Source of the DNA: Paraspadella gotoi
Lineage: Eukaryota > Animalia > Chaetognatha
NCBI GenBank assembly: GCA_051294375.1
Contig: CM119266.1
Location: 17,788,087-17,852,086, forward strand
Length of the DNA: 64,000 bases
Direction: 5' to 3'
The translations under genes and the position numbers were made by a program. Shown one piece after another: positions 51,144 to 64,000 of this stretch (positions within the stretch are counted from its first letter, which is position 1; each line of letters starts with the position of its first letter). A model generated the notes under the pieces. The model did no database searches and was not told the DNA's origin. It saw nothing but the letters and a program-made list of their open reading frames with translations.

Positions 51144-54100
51144 TGTCGAGGAACTAGTAGTCAGCCTGCCTCGCCAGCGTATTCCGTCCTATGACCGTCG
51201 CGCCATTACTGGGGAGACTGCCGTCAACTCCTCTCGTCGCCGGAAGTGGGGCGGGGCGCATCCAGCGCCCTTTGGTGTCGCCGTCGCGGAGTGACGCCGA
51301 GCCTTTGTCGCGAGGGTGTCAGCTCTTGTCACGCCTCCGTCAGTTGTCCACAAGTCATCGAAAGTGCCTGTGGTCGAAGTGTGGGACTCCACAAGTCTAT
51401 TGCCCACGTGACAAGACGTCATGATCTGCTACATGGTGACAAGAGTGACTGAGTGACAACATGTTCATGTCGTAAAAAGGCCGTTTTTGGGACGGGCTGA
51501 AGTCTCTCAGTGACTGGTCTCTCTGTGAACGTGAAGGTAAAGAGCATAGAAAGTAGCACACAGTAGGCTTGAACAGACAAAAAGTAGAAAACGAATCATG
51601 AATGAGTAAAATAACAAGAGATGCAACGGCATTCTCACACCGCCACCTTTTCCCGGTGACAGCAAAGGGAGCCGGAAAACTGCCCCTTGAAGGAAGGAGG
51701 GATGAATTGAGAAAAATGAGGAAAAATGAAAAATAGTAAAAGAAAAATGAGAAATGAGAAAATAGTAAAACTTACGAAAATAAACAAAAATGAGAGAAAA
51801 TGAAAATGTGCAACCTTGTAAACTATTTTTTAAGTAGCCCGTCGAAAACGTCAGTGGAGTCAAACCATATAATTTTTTTTTATAAATAAAACATTAAACA
51901 TTCATTGTACAAAAATACGGGATTGAAATAAAACTGTTCATATCATAAAATAAACATTCTCTATGAAAGTATCAATTATTTCGTACTTAAGTGTCTTAAA
52001 AATAAATCTCGGTTCAATTAAGCAAGAGATCATCAGACGAAAAAAATATTTTAAAACGTTAAAACCGATTAAATTTATCACGACGAACATAAAAAAATCG
52101 TCTAATTTCAAAGAAATAAAACCGGAAAATAAACGTGAACTGTCTAGTTACCAAGACATATTAATCTTTGACTTTCAGAAACGTGATCTTCAGTGACGTA
52201 CACAGATAGAAATTAAAATGTTACTAAATTCAGATACATGATTAACTTAACAGACAAGCACAGCATTAACGAAGGAATGAATTAAAGGGGTTGAGAAAAG
52301 GGAGGAGAATTGACATGTCTCTGGGTCCTTGCGTGTACACATAAGAAAATAAAATAATTTACAGACTTATTAACCGAGTAATTAAAATTATTTTCAACGA
52401 ATCATAATGTAAAAGGAGCGGTTAATCACGTCTCAGGTTAATACTTTATTTGATTTAAACCAAGTGCTTAATTCCAGGCGCGGACGTCGACCTCGCCTCA
52501 AAACGTGAAAAAAGATTCAATTGTGATAAGGCAAAACAATACATTGGAATAAAATTGTTCAAATAAAAAAAATTCAAATCAGTACATGTAATCAATCTTA
52601 GAAAAACGGTTAGCTGAAAAGCAATGTAAGCAACATAACACTAAAACAATGTAAAATGAATTAATCTTGCCAAAGACAATTCTAACCTAGACATAATAAT
52701 TTTTTTTATGTTTACGAAAGCAAAATCTAAAATTTTATTCAAACATTAAACGTGAAACTACTTTAACTTTAAACACGAAAAAAAAGTCAATCTAAACGTA
52801 TTACTGCTCGATAAAAAGGTGGGTCCGTCTTGTAGTTCCCAAGTTGTGTTAAGGCACTTACCGGCGCCCCACCCCTCGTCACACCGGCGGTCTAGGCATG
52901 CTATCACACCCTTCGTCGGCGATCAAGGACCTCCAGGGATGTCAAACTTCTTGCTGGCGGGCAGAACATCGCAGGCTTAGCCTCGGCAGCAACCAAGGTC
53001 ATCAAGGTCACGCTCGTCTCGTAAGAAGTCGTGACATCACGCCTCTCCCGGTGGATATCAAGTCATAGAGTCCACCCGGGGCTCCTTCCCCTTGACCTCG
53101 GTCAACGCAGGTAGGAGTATCTCGGTACTCCAGCTCTACCGCGGAAAAGGGACCGTAGTTTTCATCGTAATCTGCTAGTGACGGTCGTTGTCAAAATAAA
53201 AAATACTAAAATCTCAGGCCTCGCTCGCGCGTGGTCAGCATTCGCAGAAGCTGCCACGTGAAAACCGTCAACGAGGAACACTATCATGTCGTTGCGTTGT
53301 AATATTGTCATACAAAAATCATCGCTAAACGTTGACAGACTAAGAAACTAGAACTTTTTTTTTTTTTTTTTCAAACGTAATGAACTATCGTAAAGAAATG
53401 TATAATAAACCAATAAAAACGTAACACCTCAAATATATAAGTGTAAAATCATGGTTTTCAATTACAACATGAGTACGGGCGAATTACCCATCTCGCTGAA
53501 AACATTGATTCGAATACGTAGTATATCAAACTTAAAAAAACAGAGCAATAAAAACAAATGAGCATCTAAAAACTGACACTACACCCTAAATAAAAAACGT
53601 CGTCTGGTATAAAAGCGAGATGAGTTCTATACGATTGGGTGGTAAAGTCAGCGTGTCTTCATATTTGTCATGTCACCGCGGTCTTCGCTGAATAATTTTC
53701 CGGGCGGGGGGGGGGGAAAGAGATTTGCCGGAGCATCCCCACGGTCGTTTCGTTGGTACATCCTTTTCCACATCAATGAAAGACCCCAAAGCGTAAGACA
53801 CAAGAAGGCCTTTTTACTGTCGAGGACTAGTAGTCGCCTGCTCGCCAGGCGTATCTCGCGTCCGTATGAACCGTCGGCGCCATTACCTGGGGGAGACTGC
53901 CGTTCAACTCCCCTCGTCGCCGGAAGTGGGGCGGCCGCAAATCCACGCGCCCCCTTTGGAATGCGCCCGTCGCCGCAGCTTGACGCCCGAGGACCCTTCC
54001 TGTCGCTCCCGTGAGTGGTGTGCAGGCCTCTTTGTCACCGCCTCCGTCAGTGTGTCCACAATGTCCATCGACAAGTGTTCCTTGTGTCGGTCGTAAGTGT

Positions 54101-56990
54101 GGGACTACCTACAAGTCCTATTGCTCCACGTGACAGAAGACGTATGATCTGCTACAAGTGGTGACAAGACGTCTGACTGAGTGACAACATTTTCTAAGTC
54201 CCCGTTAAACAAGGCGTTTTAGGGAAGGGCTGAAGCTTACTCAGTGATCCTGGTCTCTCTGTGAAAAGCGTGAAGGTAACAGGCATAGAAAGTAGCACGC
54301 ACAGATAGCTTAACGAGACAAAAGAGGACCGAACCCAACGAATCATGGAATCGAGGTAAAAGGTAAACAAGTATGAGCAACGGCAATCTTGCTCAACATC
54401 GCTCCCAAGCTTTTTCCGTGACAGCAAAGGGAGCCGAAAACTGCCTTGAAGGAGGAGGGATGAATTGAGAAAAATGAGGAAACATGAAAATAAGTAAAAA
54501 GAAAAATGAGAAATGAGAAATAGTAAAACTTACGAAAATAAACAAAAATGAGAGAAAAATGAAAATGTGGCACCTTGTAAACTTTATTTTTAAGTAGCCG
54601 TCCGAAAACGTCAGTGACATCAAACCATAATAATTTTTTTATAAATCAAATTAAACATTCATTGCTACAAATACGGGATTGAAACATTAAACTGTTCTAT
54701 ATCATAAAATAAACATTCTCTATGAAAGTATCAATTATTATTCGTACTTGAGTGTCTAAAAATAAATTCGGTTCATTAAGAAAGATAGACCAAAAGAAAT
54801 ATTTTATTAAACGTTGAAAACCGATTAAATTTATCAACGACAACATACAAAAAATCGTCTAATTTTCAAAGACACCAAACCGGAAAAATAAACGTGAACT
54901 GTTACCAAAACATATTAATCTGTGACTTTCAGAAACGTGATCTTCAGTGACGTACACAGATATAAATTAACATGTTACTAAATTCAGATACATGATTAAC
55001 TTAACAAGACAAGCATTAACGAAGGAATGAATTAAAGGGGGTTGAGAAAAGGGGAGGGGAATTGACATGTCTCTGGGTTCCTTGCGTGTAACACATAAAT
55101 TTACAGACTTATTAACGACGTAAAATTAACAAATTCCAAAGCCGGACGTCCGACCAACAGAAAACGTGAAAAAAGATTCAATTGTGATAAGCAAAATTAT
55201 ACATTGGAATAAAATTGTTTCAATAATAAAAAAAATTCAAATCAGTACATGTAATCAATCTTAGAAATAAACGTTAGCTTAAAAGCAATGCAAGCAACAT
55301 AAACCTAAACAATGTTAAAATGAGATTAATCTTGCCAAAGACATTTACCTAGACATAATAATTTTTTTTTTTTACGAAAAGCAAAATCTAAATTTGATTC
55401 AAACGTTAAACGTGAAACTGCTTTAACTTAAACACGAAAAAAAGTCAATCTAAACTAATTACTGCTCATGAAAAAAGGTGGGTCCGTCTTGTCAGTCCCC
55501 AAGTTGTGTTAAGGCACTTACCGGCGCCCCCACCGCTCGTCACCGCGGTCTAGGCATGCTATCACACCCTCGTCGGCGATCAAGGACCTCCAGGGATGTC
55601 AAACTTCTTGCTGCGGGCAGAACATCGCAGGCTCTACCTCGCAGCAACCAAGGTCATGCCGAGGTCACGCTTGTCTCCGTAAGAAGTCGTGACACACGCC
55701 CTCTCGTGGGATATCAATGCATAGAAGTCACCGGGCTCGCCTTCCCTTGACCTCGTCAACGCAGGTAGAGTATCTCGGTACTCCGGCTCTACCGCGGACA
55801 AGGGACGTAGTTTTCGTCAAAATCGTATTACGGTCGTGTCAAAATAAAAAATACTAAAAATCCGGCCTCGTTGGCGCGGTCAGCATTCGCAGAAGCTTGC
55901 CACGTGAAAACCGTCAACGAGGAACACTATCATGTCGTCACGTCATAAATATTGTCATACAAAAAATAAAAATACATAAATGTTGACAGACTAAGAAAAC
56001 TAGAAATTATTTTTAGCAAACGTAATGAACGAGCATTAAAAAAACGTTTCAACCTAAAAAAAAAAAGAAATTATCGTCTTATTAAAACATATGAAACAGG
56101 CGAATTAATAATCATAGCTGAAAGATTGTTTCGATACGTCGCTAAACCAAACATTAAAACTGAGCAATAAAAAAAATACCAATATAAAAAAAATTAATAA
56201 AATCTAGGATAAAAATCGTTGTCGGTATAACAGCATCCGCAGTCCGCAGTCGTGACTGGATCATCTAATGCATCGAAGACAAAGCACCTCCGCGGCTGCA
56301 AAACAGGACCGTCGCAGGAAATTTGCATCGTTGCGCCGGCTTCGCTTAAATAATTTTTCCGCCGGGGGGGTGAAAAGAGATTTGCCGGGCATCCCCACGG
56401 TCGTCGTTGGTACAACTTTTATCCACACGCGTGAAAGACCCCAAAGGACGAAGACACAAGGGCCTTTTTACTGTCGAGGAACTAGTAGTCAGCCTGCCTC
56501 GCCAGGCGTATCTCCGTCCTATGACCCGTCGCGCCATTACTGCGGGAGACTGCCGTCAACTCCCCTCGTCGCCGGAAGTGGGCGCGCCGCATCCAGCGCC
56601 CCTTTTTGGTTCGCCGTCGCGAGTGACGCCGAAGACCCTTTGTCGGCGAGGTGTCAGCCTCTTTGTCACCGCCTCCGTCAGTTGTCCACAAGTCCCATCG
56701 AAAGTGCCTGTGGTCGAAGTGTGGGACTCCACAAGTCTATTGCCCACGTGACAAGACGTCATGATCTGCTACAAGTGGTGACAAGAACGTGACTGAGTGA
56801 CAACATGTCTCATGTCCCCGTAAAAAGGCCGTTTTGGGACGGGCTGAAGTCTCTCAGTGACTGGTCTCTCTGTGAAAACGTGAAGGTAAAGAGCATAGAA
56901 AGTAGCACACAGATAGGCTTGAACAGACAAAAAGTAGAAAACAAATCATGATGAGTAAAATAAACAGATGAGCAACGGCATCTCTCAACA
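51144..56990 (-). mobile_element. Non-autonomous three-LTR retroelement (LTRs 51144-51639, 53818-54398, 56472-56990; two ~2.1-kb internal regions)
   Basis: LTRs begin TGTCGAG and end CTCA(A)CA; single 5-bp TSD TCGTC at 51139-51143 and 56991-56995; minus-strand PPT GGGAAAAGGTGGCGG (51640-51655); ~2.66-kb periodicity; no long ORF. Confidence 0.85.
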
Positions 56991-57079
56991 TCGTCCTTTA
57001 AAGTTTTTCCCCAATCCGCTTTAATTTGACCTTTAGCCTTCCAATTTGGGCCGTGGCCACAACCCTTCCCGTTTCGGCA

Positions 57080-58382
57080 ATGCCTAAAAAACCATTCAGC
57101 GGAAAGCAAAAGAGAGAGCAACTTCGGGCGAAACGTGATCGCGTCGCCAACCGGAAGTCGCGGATCGTCGACGCCGAGGAAGAGAGCGCCCTCGCCGAGG
57201 CGGTGGCAACGCTGATGCGCCGCTGCCGGATCCCGCGACAGCGCCTCTTCCCCCGGTACCGGCGCTGCCCGCCGCTAACAAAGCCGCCGACCCCAACCGC
57301 TACAAACTTCGCTTCGCCGAAGACTCTGAAAAAGATCTCCAACGGCGGCGCCGCTTGGCGCGTCTTCCTCTCTGCCGCCTAAATCCAGAGGCCGACCTCC
57401 AACGACCCGTCGACTCCGACGACGCGGGCAGCCTCGACATGCCCAAGCGGCCTCCCTGGGGCTTCGGCGATTCTCGGGAAGAGTTAGAGCGACGGGAGGC
57501 GAGATACTTTTGTGAGTGGGTGGCGCGGGTTGGCGAGGAGTCGCACGAGTTACTTTGAGTTGAATCTTGAGACGTGGCGTCAATTGTGGCGTGTAATCGA
57601 AATCGCCGACGTCGTCCTCATCGTAGTCGACGCCAGATTTCCTTCGGTTCACTTTCCGCCTTCCGCTCTATCGTCATGTTGTGAAGAAAAGAAGAAGGCA
57701 ATGATCATGGTGGTTAATAAGGTAGGTGATGATGAAGTGGTAAGGTGAGGTATTGTGGTTCCGGGGGGGTCGGTGAGAACTGAGAGAAGTGAACTGAATA
57801 ATGGCTAAGGATGACAATTCTAGTTTGGTTTTTCATGCTCAAAATGGAATTACTTTTTATCGTCGCAATCGCTAAGCGTTTGCGACGATATTGTAACGCT
57901 TTTGCGCATAAGTGGCGTCGTCGTCGTTGTCGTCGTCGTCGTTGTTGTCGGCGTTCCAAATTATAGATCGCCTTTTTTATGATTAAATTTTGGGTGTATG
58001 AAGCTGAAAATTTATATACAGCTTCTCATCATCGATGTGCTTAAAATTGAGTCTGGACAGTTATGAAATATGTTTTATCAAAACAAACAAATTTTCTCTC
58101 TTTTATTTTCATATTTCTTTTTCTCTCTCTTTTCTCTTTAAATTACATGTCTCTCTCCCTCTTTCTTTTCCCTAGTCACTGATTCATAATCATAGGGGAA
58201 AAAAACGAGTCTGCAGCTGGCTCTGCAGGAGGTTATTCTTTTTTCTTCTTTCTCTTGCTGTTTTGCTGCTGCTTTTTGAGTCTGCAGCTGGCTCTGCAGG
58301 GGCTCTTTCTTTTTCTCTCTTTTCTCCTGCCTGCTTCTGCTGCTGCCTTTTGATTTCTTTCTTTTTTTCTGAAAATGATTTG

Positions 58383-58429
<47 letters not shown>

Positions 58430-61400
58430 TTTCTTTATGCACATAATTTGTTTCAAATTCATTAACTCTTTTTAATGTTAATGTTAAGCCGAAACATGTC
58501 CGTTTTTTATTGAAATAAAACCGTTGTTGAAAATTAATTTCAAACTCTTTTAATTATTACACAACGAAAAGAAAGGATTATACCACAATGCATTTTTATT
58601 AAAATAAAAATTGAATTAGGATTGAACTCGTAAAATTAGGCATCGCATCCGTGCATGTTATCATTTTGCTATCGCAACATCGGGTTTTTATTTCGTTCTT
58701 CTCGTCTTCTCTCTTTATTTTAATTTTTCTTTCTTTCCTTTCTATTTTTTCTTTTCTTTCTATTTTTTCTTTTCTTTCTATTTTTTCTTTCCTTTCTATT
58801 CTTTCTTTCCTTTCTATTTTTTCTTTCCTTTTTATTATTTCTTTCCATTTATTTTTTTTTTCCTTTTCTTTCTGTTTATAAATTAATTTTCTTTTCTCAA
58901 ATTTGATTTTTTTTTTTAGTATCAAAATTTGTCGTCAATCCAGATTTTTCTTATGCGATTGCGACGATCCTTACGCTTTTAAGATTTTTTGGTATCGTTT
59001 CATCTTCCTCGTCGGAAATGGCGATTTTTGAAGCATATAAGATGCTATTAAAAATTTATGAAAGTTTTATTTAGCTTATATAATATGAAAATAAAAACCT
59101 ATTAAAATATTTCGGTAAGTTTATTTACAAATTTTACATATTTTATTAACAGCTTGTTAACTATATTTATTAATAATTAAATAATAAATTTTAAAACCGG
59201 ATTTGATTTCCTTGCAAAAAGTTGAACTAAGAAAGTAAAATCCATGTTAACAAATTATTTCATTAAGTTAGTTAAAAATGTTAAAAAGTATGATTTTTAT
59301 TTAATTTTATAATTTTTGGCTTAAAATGATAGTTTTTATAAATTTTGACCAACTTAATGACATAATTTTTAAATGAAAATTATATTTTCTTACATCAACT
59401 TTTTGTAAGAAATGCGAATCTGGGATCAAAATTTTAAAATTATTATTTTTTAACTTTAGCTTAATTTTTTCTCATAAAGCTGAAGAAGCTCTGTCAAGTT
59501 TTGTTTTGATGGAAATTGATTCTGTTTTGACCTTTGAGCCTTACTGTAGTGTTATTGTATTATTGAATTTTTATTATTATTTATTATTATTTTTATTATT
59601 TTTATCCCCTTAGGTCGATCTTGTCCCAGCGCCTCTCGCCGCCGCCTGGATCTCATATTTCCGCTCCGTCTTCCCCTCCCTCCGCGTCGTATGCTTCTCT
59701 TCCTTCCCACTCACACCGGCAGAGGCGCTGTCCGCCCCCGGGACAGCCTCCGGCAAAGGACTCCACCGGAAACGAGCCCGTCGACCCATGAGCGACGCCG
59801 GACCGCGCGGCCTGCTGGAGGCGTGCCGGGATATCGTGGGTGACGCCGTGGATTTGACGCCGTGGGAGAGGAAGTTGGACGAGGAAGATCGCGGGGAAGA
59901 GGAGGAGGAGGAAGAAGAGGAGGAGATTGAAATGGACGACGACGTCCCCGATATCGATGCCGATCTTCCAGAAATAACGCCACCCTTCAAAAACGGCGTC
60001 CTCACCATCGGCTGCTGCGGATTTCCTAATGTCGGCAAGTCTTCGGTGATGAACGCCTTAGTCGGCAAGAAGGTCGTATCCGTGTCGGCCACGCCCGGCC
60101 ACACCAAGCATTTTCAGACCTACTTCTTGGCCGACAACGTCGTCCTATGCGATTGCCCCGGCCTTGTCTTTCCCTCTCGGGTCGAGAGGACCCTGCAGAT
60201 CTTGACCGGGATGTATCCTGTGTCCCAAGTGCGGGAACCGTACACCGCTGTAGGGTGAGGAAGAGGAGTTGGAATGGGGTTGAATCTTTCAATCTCATTT
60301 ACATATTGTAGTATTGAACCCTTTCGTTTGTAAAGTTTGATATAAGTTCTGTTTTTAAATTTTTTGATAGTTATTCATAGTTTTTGGCAATTTTAATGAT
60401 TAACAAGAATTATTGTATTATTTTAATTAATTAATGATAATAACTTAGCCCTTTGTACTAAAATTTAAAAAAATAGAACTCGGTGAGAGTTTTAATCTAA
60501 ATATTCTTCAGCTACTTGGCGGAGCGAATCGACCTTCCCCATATGCTTCGCCTCGATCACCCCGACGAGGACCAGCCACCCGGACGACAAGTTTGGTCCG
60601 CTATGGACGTTTGCGAGGCCTGGGCCGAGCGACGAGGATTCGTCACCAACAGGGGCGCTAGGTAGAAATTTGAGATGAACTAAAGACATGCGGGGAGGAA
60701 GATGTAAGATAAACAGGATCGGTCCATCTAATTTGTTCCGCCGCAGTGAATTTCTACTGTGCAAACAAGACATAACACGAAGTTTTGCGTGGTCACGTGA
60801 CGACACATTGTGTAGTACACAAGTCTGAAACAACTGCACAAGAAGCATTTAGTAATGTCTTACCAGTCTGCCAAGTATTAACTAAAATAACTTTCTTCGC
60901 TCGTGTATTTATAACATACACTGCCTCGGAATTCTGTCTTTTATACTTTATAGTTTTAGGATTTCAGTCACTGAGATTTGAGGTTTTTTCCTGTCTTAAA
61001 AAATGAGCAACTAACTATAGGCGAGTTATGAGCATTTTTAACGCAACTAAAAAGAAAATCTCATCTAAGGAAGGCACATTAAGAATAAAGAAAAAAAAAA
61101 ATCGAAGTATGGCAATTGCCAGGTAGCCAGTAATTTGGATGAGGTATCTCACTGTTGGCTTTGGGGGCTTCCGACCCTCAGTGACGCCTCCTGTCACTGT
61201 TACCCGAGGACGGTCTCGCTTTGCCATCGCAGAGGGAAGTCGTTAGGACTAGATAGAACGCAACACTTGGGATGGTGCGTTCCCCCTCTGAGCCAATGGG
61301 ATAGTCTGAGGAGGTGAGGCGGTGTGAATATACCACCACAAAAGGGCGATTAAAAAAAAATTCCTGGGGAGTCGGCTAGGAAGTGCAGTTGGGAAGAGGA

Positions 61401-61834
61401 AGAACCGGGAGAGAGTTTTTTAAAAAATACAAAACTCCCGACCGAAGCCAAAGGATACAACATTATAAAAATAAAACATCGTTGGCTGGAAGTGGGAGGG
61501 TAATAAAATAGTAAATAATTAAAATTTTTTTTGTGGGTGTTAAAACCAAAGGAACGACGTGTACCGCGCGGCCAACGAACTCCTCCGACTCGCCGTCGAC
61601 GGAAAAATCGTCCTCTGCCTTCGACCACCAGAGTACGATGGGCGAAAGTGGGCGGAGTTGGAGGAGGCGGAGTCGGTGAGGAGGGTCCAGAGCGCGAGGC
61701 GGAGAAAGGGAGAGGAAGAGGAGGAAGAGAAGGAGCTGGAGGAAGAAGACGATAATGATGAGGATGATGATGATAAGGAAGTCGCCACCAGCGGAAACGT
61801 CTTTGCGATTTTGGCAGAAAACGGGGACGAATGA
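57080..61834 (+). CDS. GNL1: Guanine nucleotide-binding protein-like 1 (circularly permuted YlqF/HSR1 GTPase); apparent frameshifts in exon 1
   Basis: MPKKPFSGKQK start, PKRPPW, SYFELNLETWRQLWRVIE, NKVDL, GFPNVGKSS, TPGHTKHFQT, LCDCPGLVFPS, DVYRAAN. Confidence 0.92.
57855..58981 (+). mobile_element. HINE/DINE-like (Helentron-associated type) interspersed repeat
   Basis: T-run ends, subterminal inverted repeat ATCGTCGCAATCGC (57859) / GCGATTGCGACGAT (58955), internal (GTC)n, (CT)n and 18-bp tandem repeat; second copy at 16798-17366. Family assignment is inference. Confidence 0.65.
61108..61340 (-). mobile_element. Solo LTR of twister-bearing retroelement (reverse orientation)
   Basis: Reverse complement aligns with LTRs at 43289/43776; flanks GAAG/AAAG (3/4 TSD match); twister core 61154-61228 with P2/T2 deletion. 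Confidence 0.8.
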
Positions 61835-62054
61835 TTGGAGTCGCTTTTCGAGAAAATAAATCGTATTATTGCAAAAAACTTTTTACTGTCACGAGATTTC
61901 GATGCGAAGGGATTGAATGATTTTATATTTATCCATATTACTCACGATTTCCTTTTTTAACTTTTTCTGTGATATTCTCATCGTTACTATTCCGAATTAA
62001 TCGAAGCTTTTTTTCGTTTTATTCGCGCTTTTTTTTTTTTAGTAATATTTTTAA

Positions 62055-63790
<1,736 letters not shown>

Positions 63791-64000
63791 GTGAGTGGTT
63801 ATCCTAATAAATGGATGTATCTGTCGGTCCATTCCTGGCGAACTTTTCAAAAGTAAACTTATTTCAAACTGAAACATAAAAATCTACGAGATTGTTTGTA
63901 AAAGAGCGAAAGAAGCTTTCTTATGTAAGCGAGCTATTTGGTCCTAAAATAAAAGTTCCTTCCTTATACTTACTCATTGCTACTTTTCTTCACTCACTCA

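Noticed and set aside
52168-52200. Minus-strand CTGAAGA..GAAA in the LTR element interior
   Set aside because: Intervening bases cannot form stem II
55470-55810. RNase MRP/RNase P RNA gene (minus-strand AACACAACTTGGG(G)ACT resembles CR-V; T6 terminator)
   Set aside because: No clean CR-I (GAAAGTCCCC/GGAAGGTC) in either copy, and the block lies inside an LTR element; kept only as an unexplained cargo block
51144-56990. Tandem ncRNA gene array (SL/snRNA/5S) or satellite
   Set aside because: No recognisable snRNA/5S sequence; TG..CA termini, TSD and PPT indicate an LTR element

Overview
Gene-dense, intron-rich animal (invertebrate-like) genomic DNA with GC/CpG-rich exons and AT-rich introns. 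It holds 14 protein-coding genes, all on the + strand, many separated by only 100-500 bp: three DCXR-like SDRs, a ZnT1-type zinc exporter, cyclin H, a divergent SWEET-like transporter, ATP9 flippase, Rab8, YAF2/RYBP, UBA2, KIF23, TBCE, GNL1 and PSMA1 (partial). There is also a BTB pseudogene. Main observations: (1) a small non-autonomous LTR retroelement family (full copy 43289-44030, 4-bp TSD, plus solo/partial copies in other introns) whose ~255-bp LTR carries a circularly permuted (P5-type) twister-ribozyme fold with covarying stems, a candidate animal LTR retrozyme; (2) a 5.8-kb ORF-less three-LTR element (51144-56990, 5-bp TSD) whose primer-binding position is complementary to its own LTR rather than to a tRNA, suggesting self-priming; (3) operon-like co-directional packing with unpaired splice acceptors just upstream of start codons, suggesting SL trans-splicing; (4) introns with weak/GC donors, frequent AAG acceptors and complementary ends. 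All calls come from reading the sequence by eye; no searches or folding programs were run.
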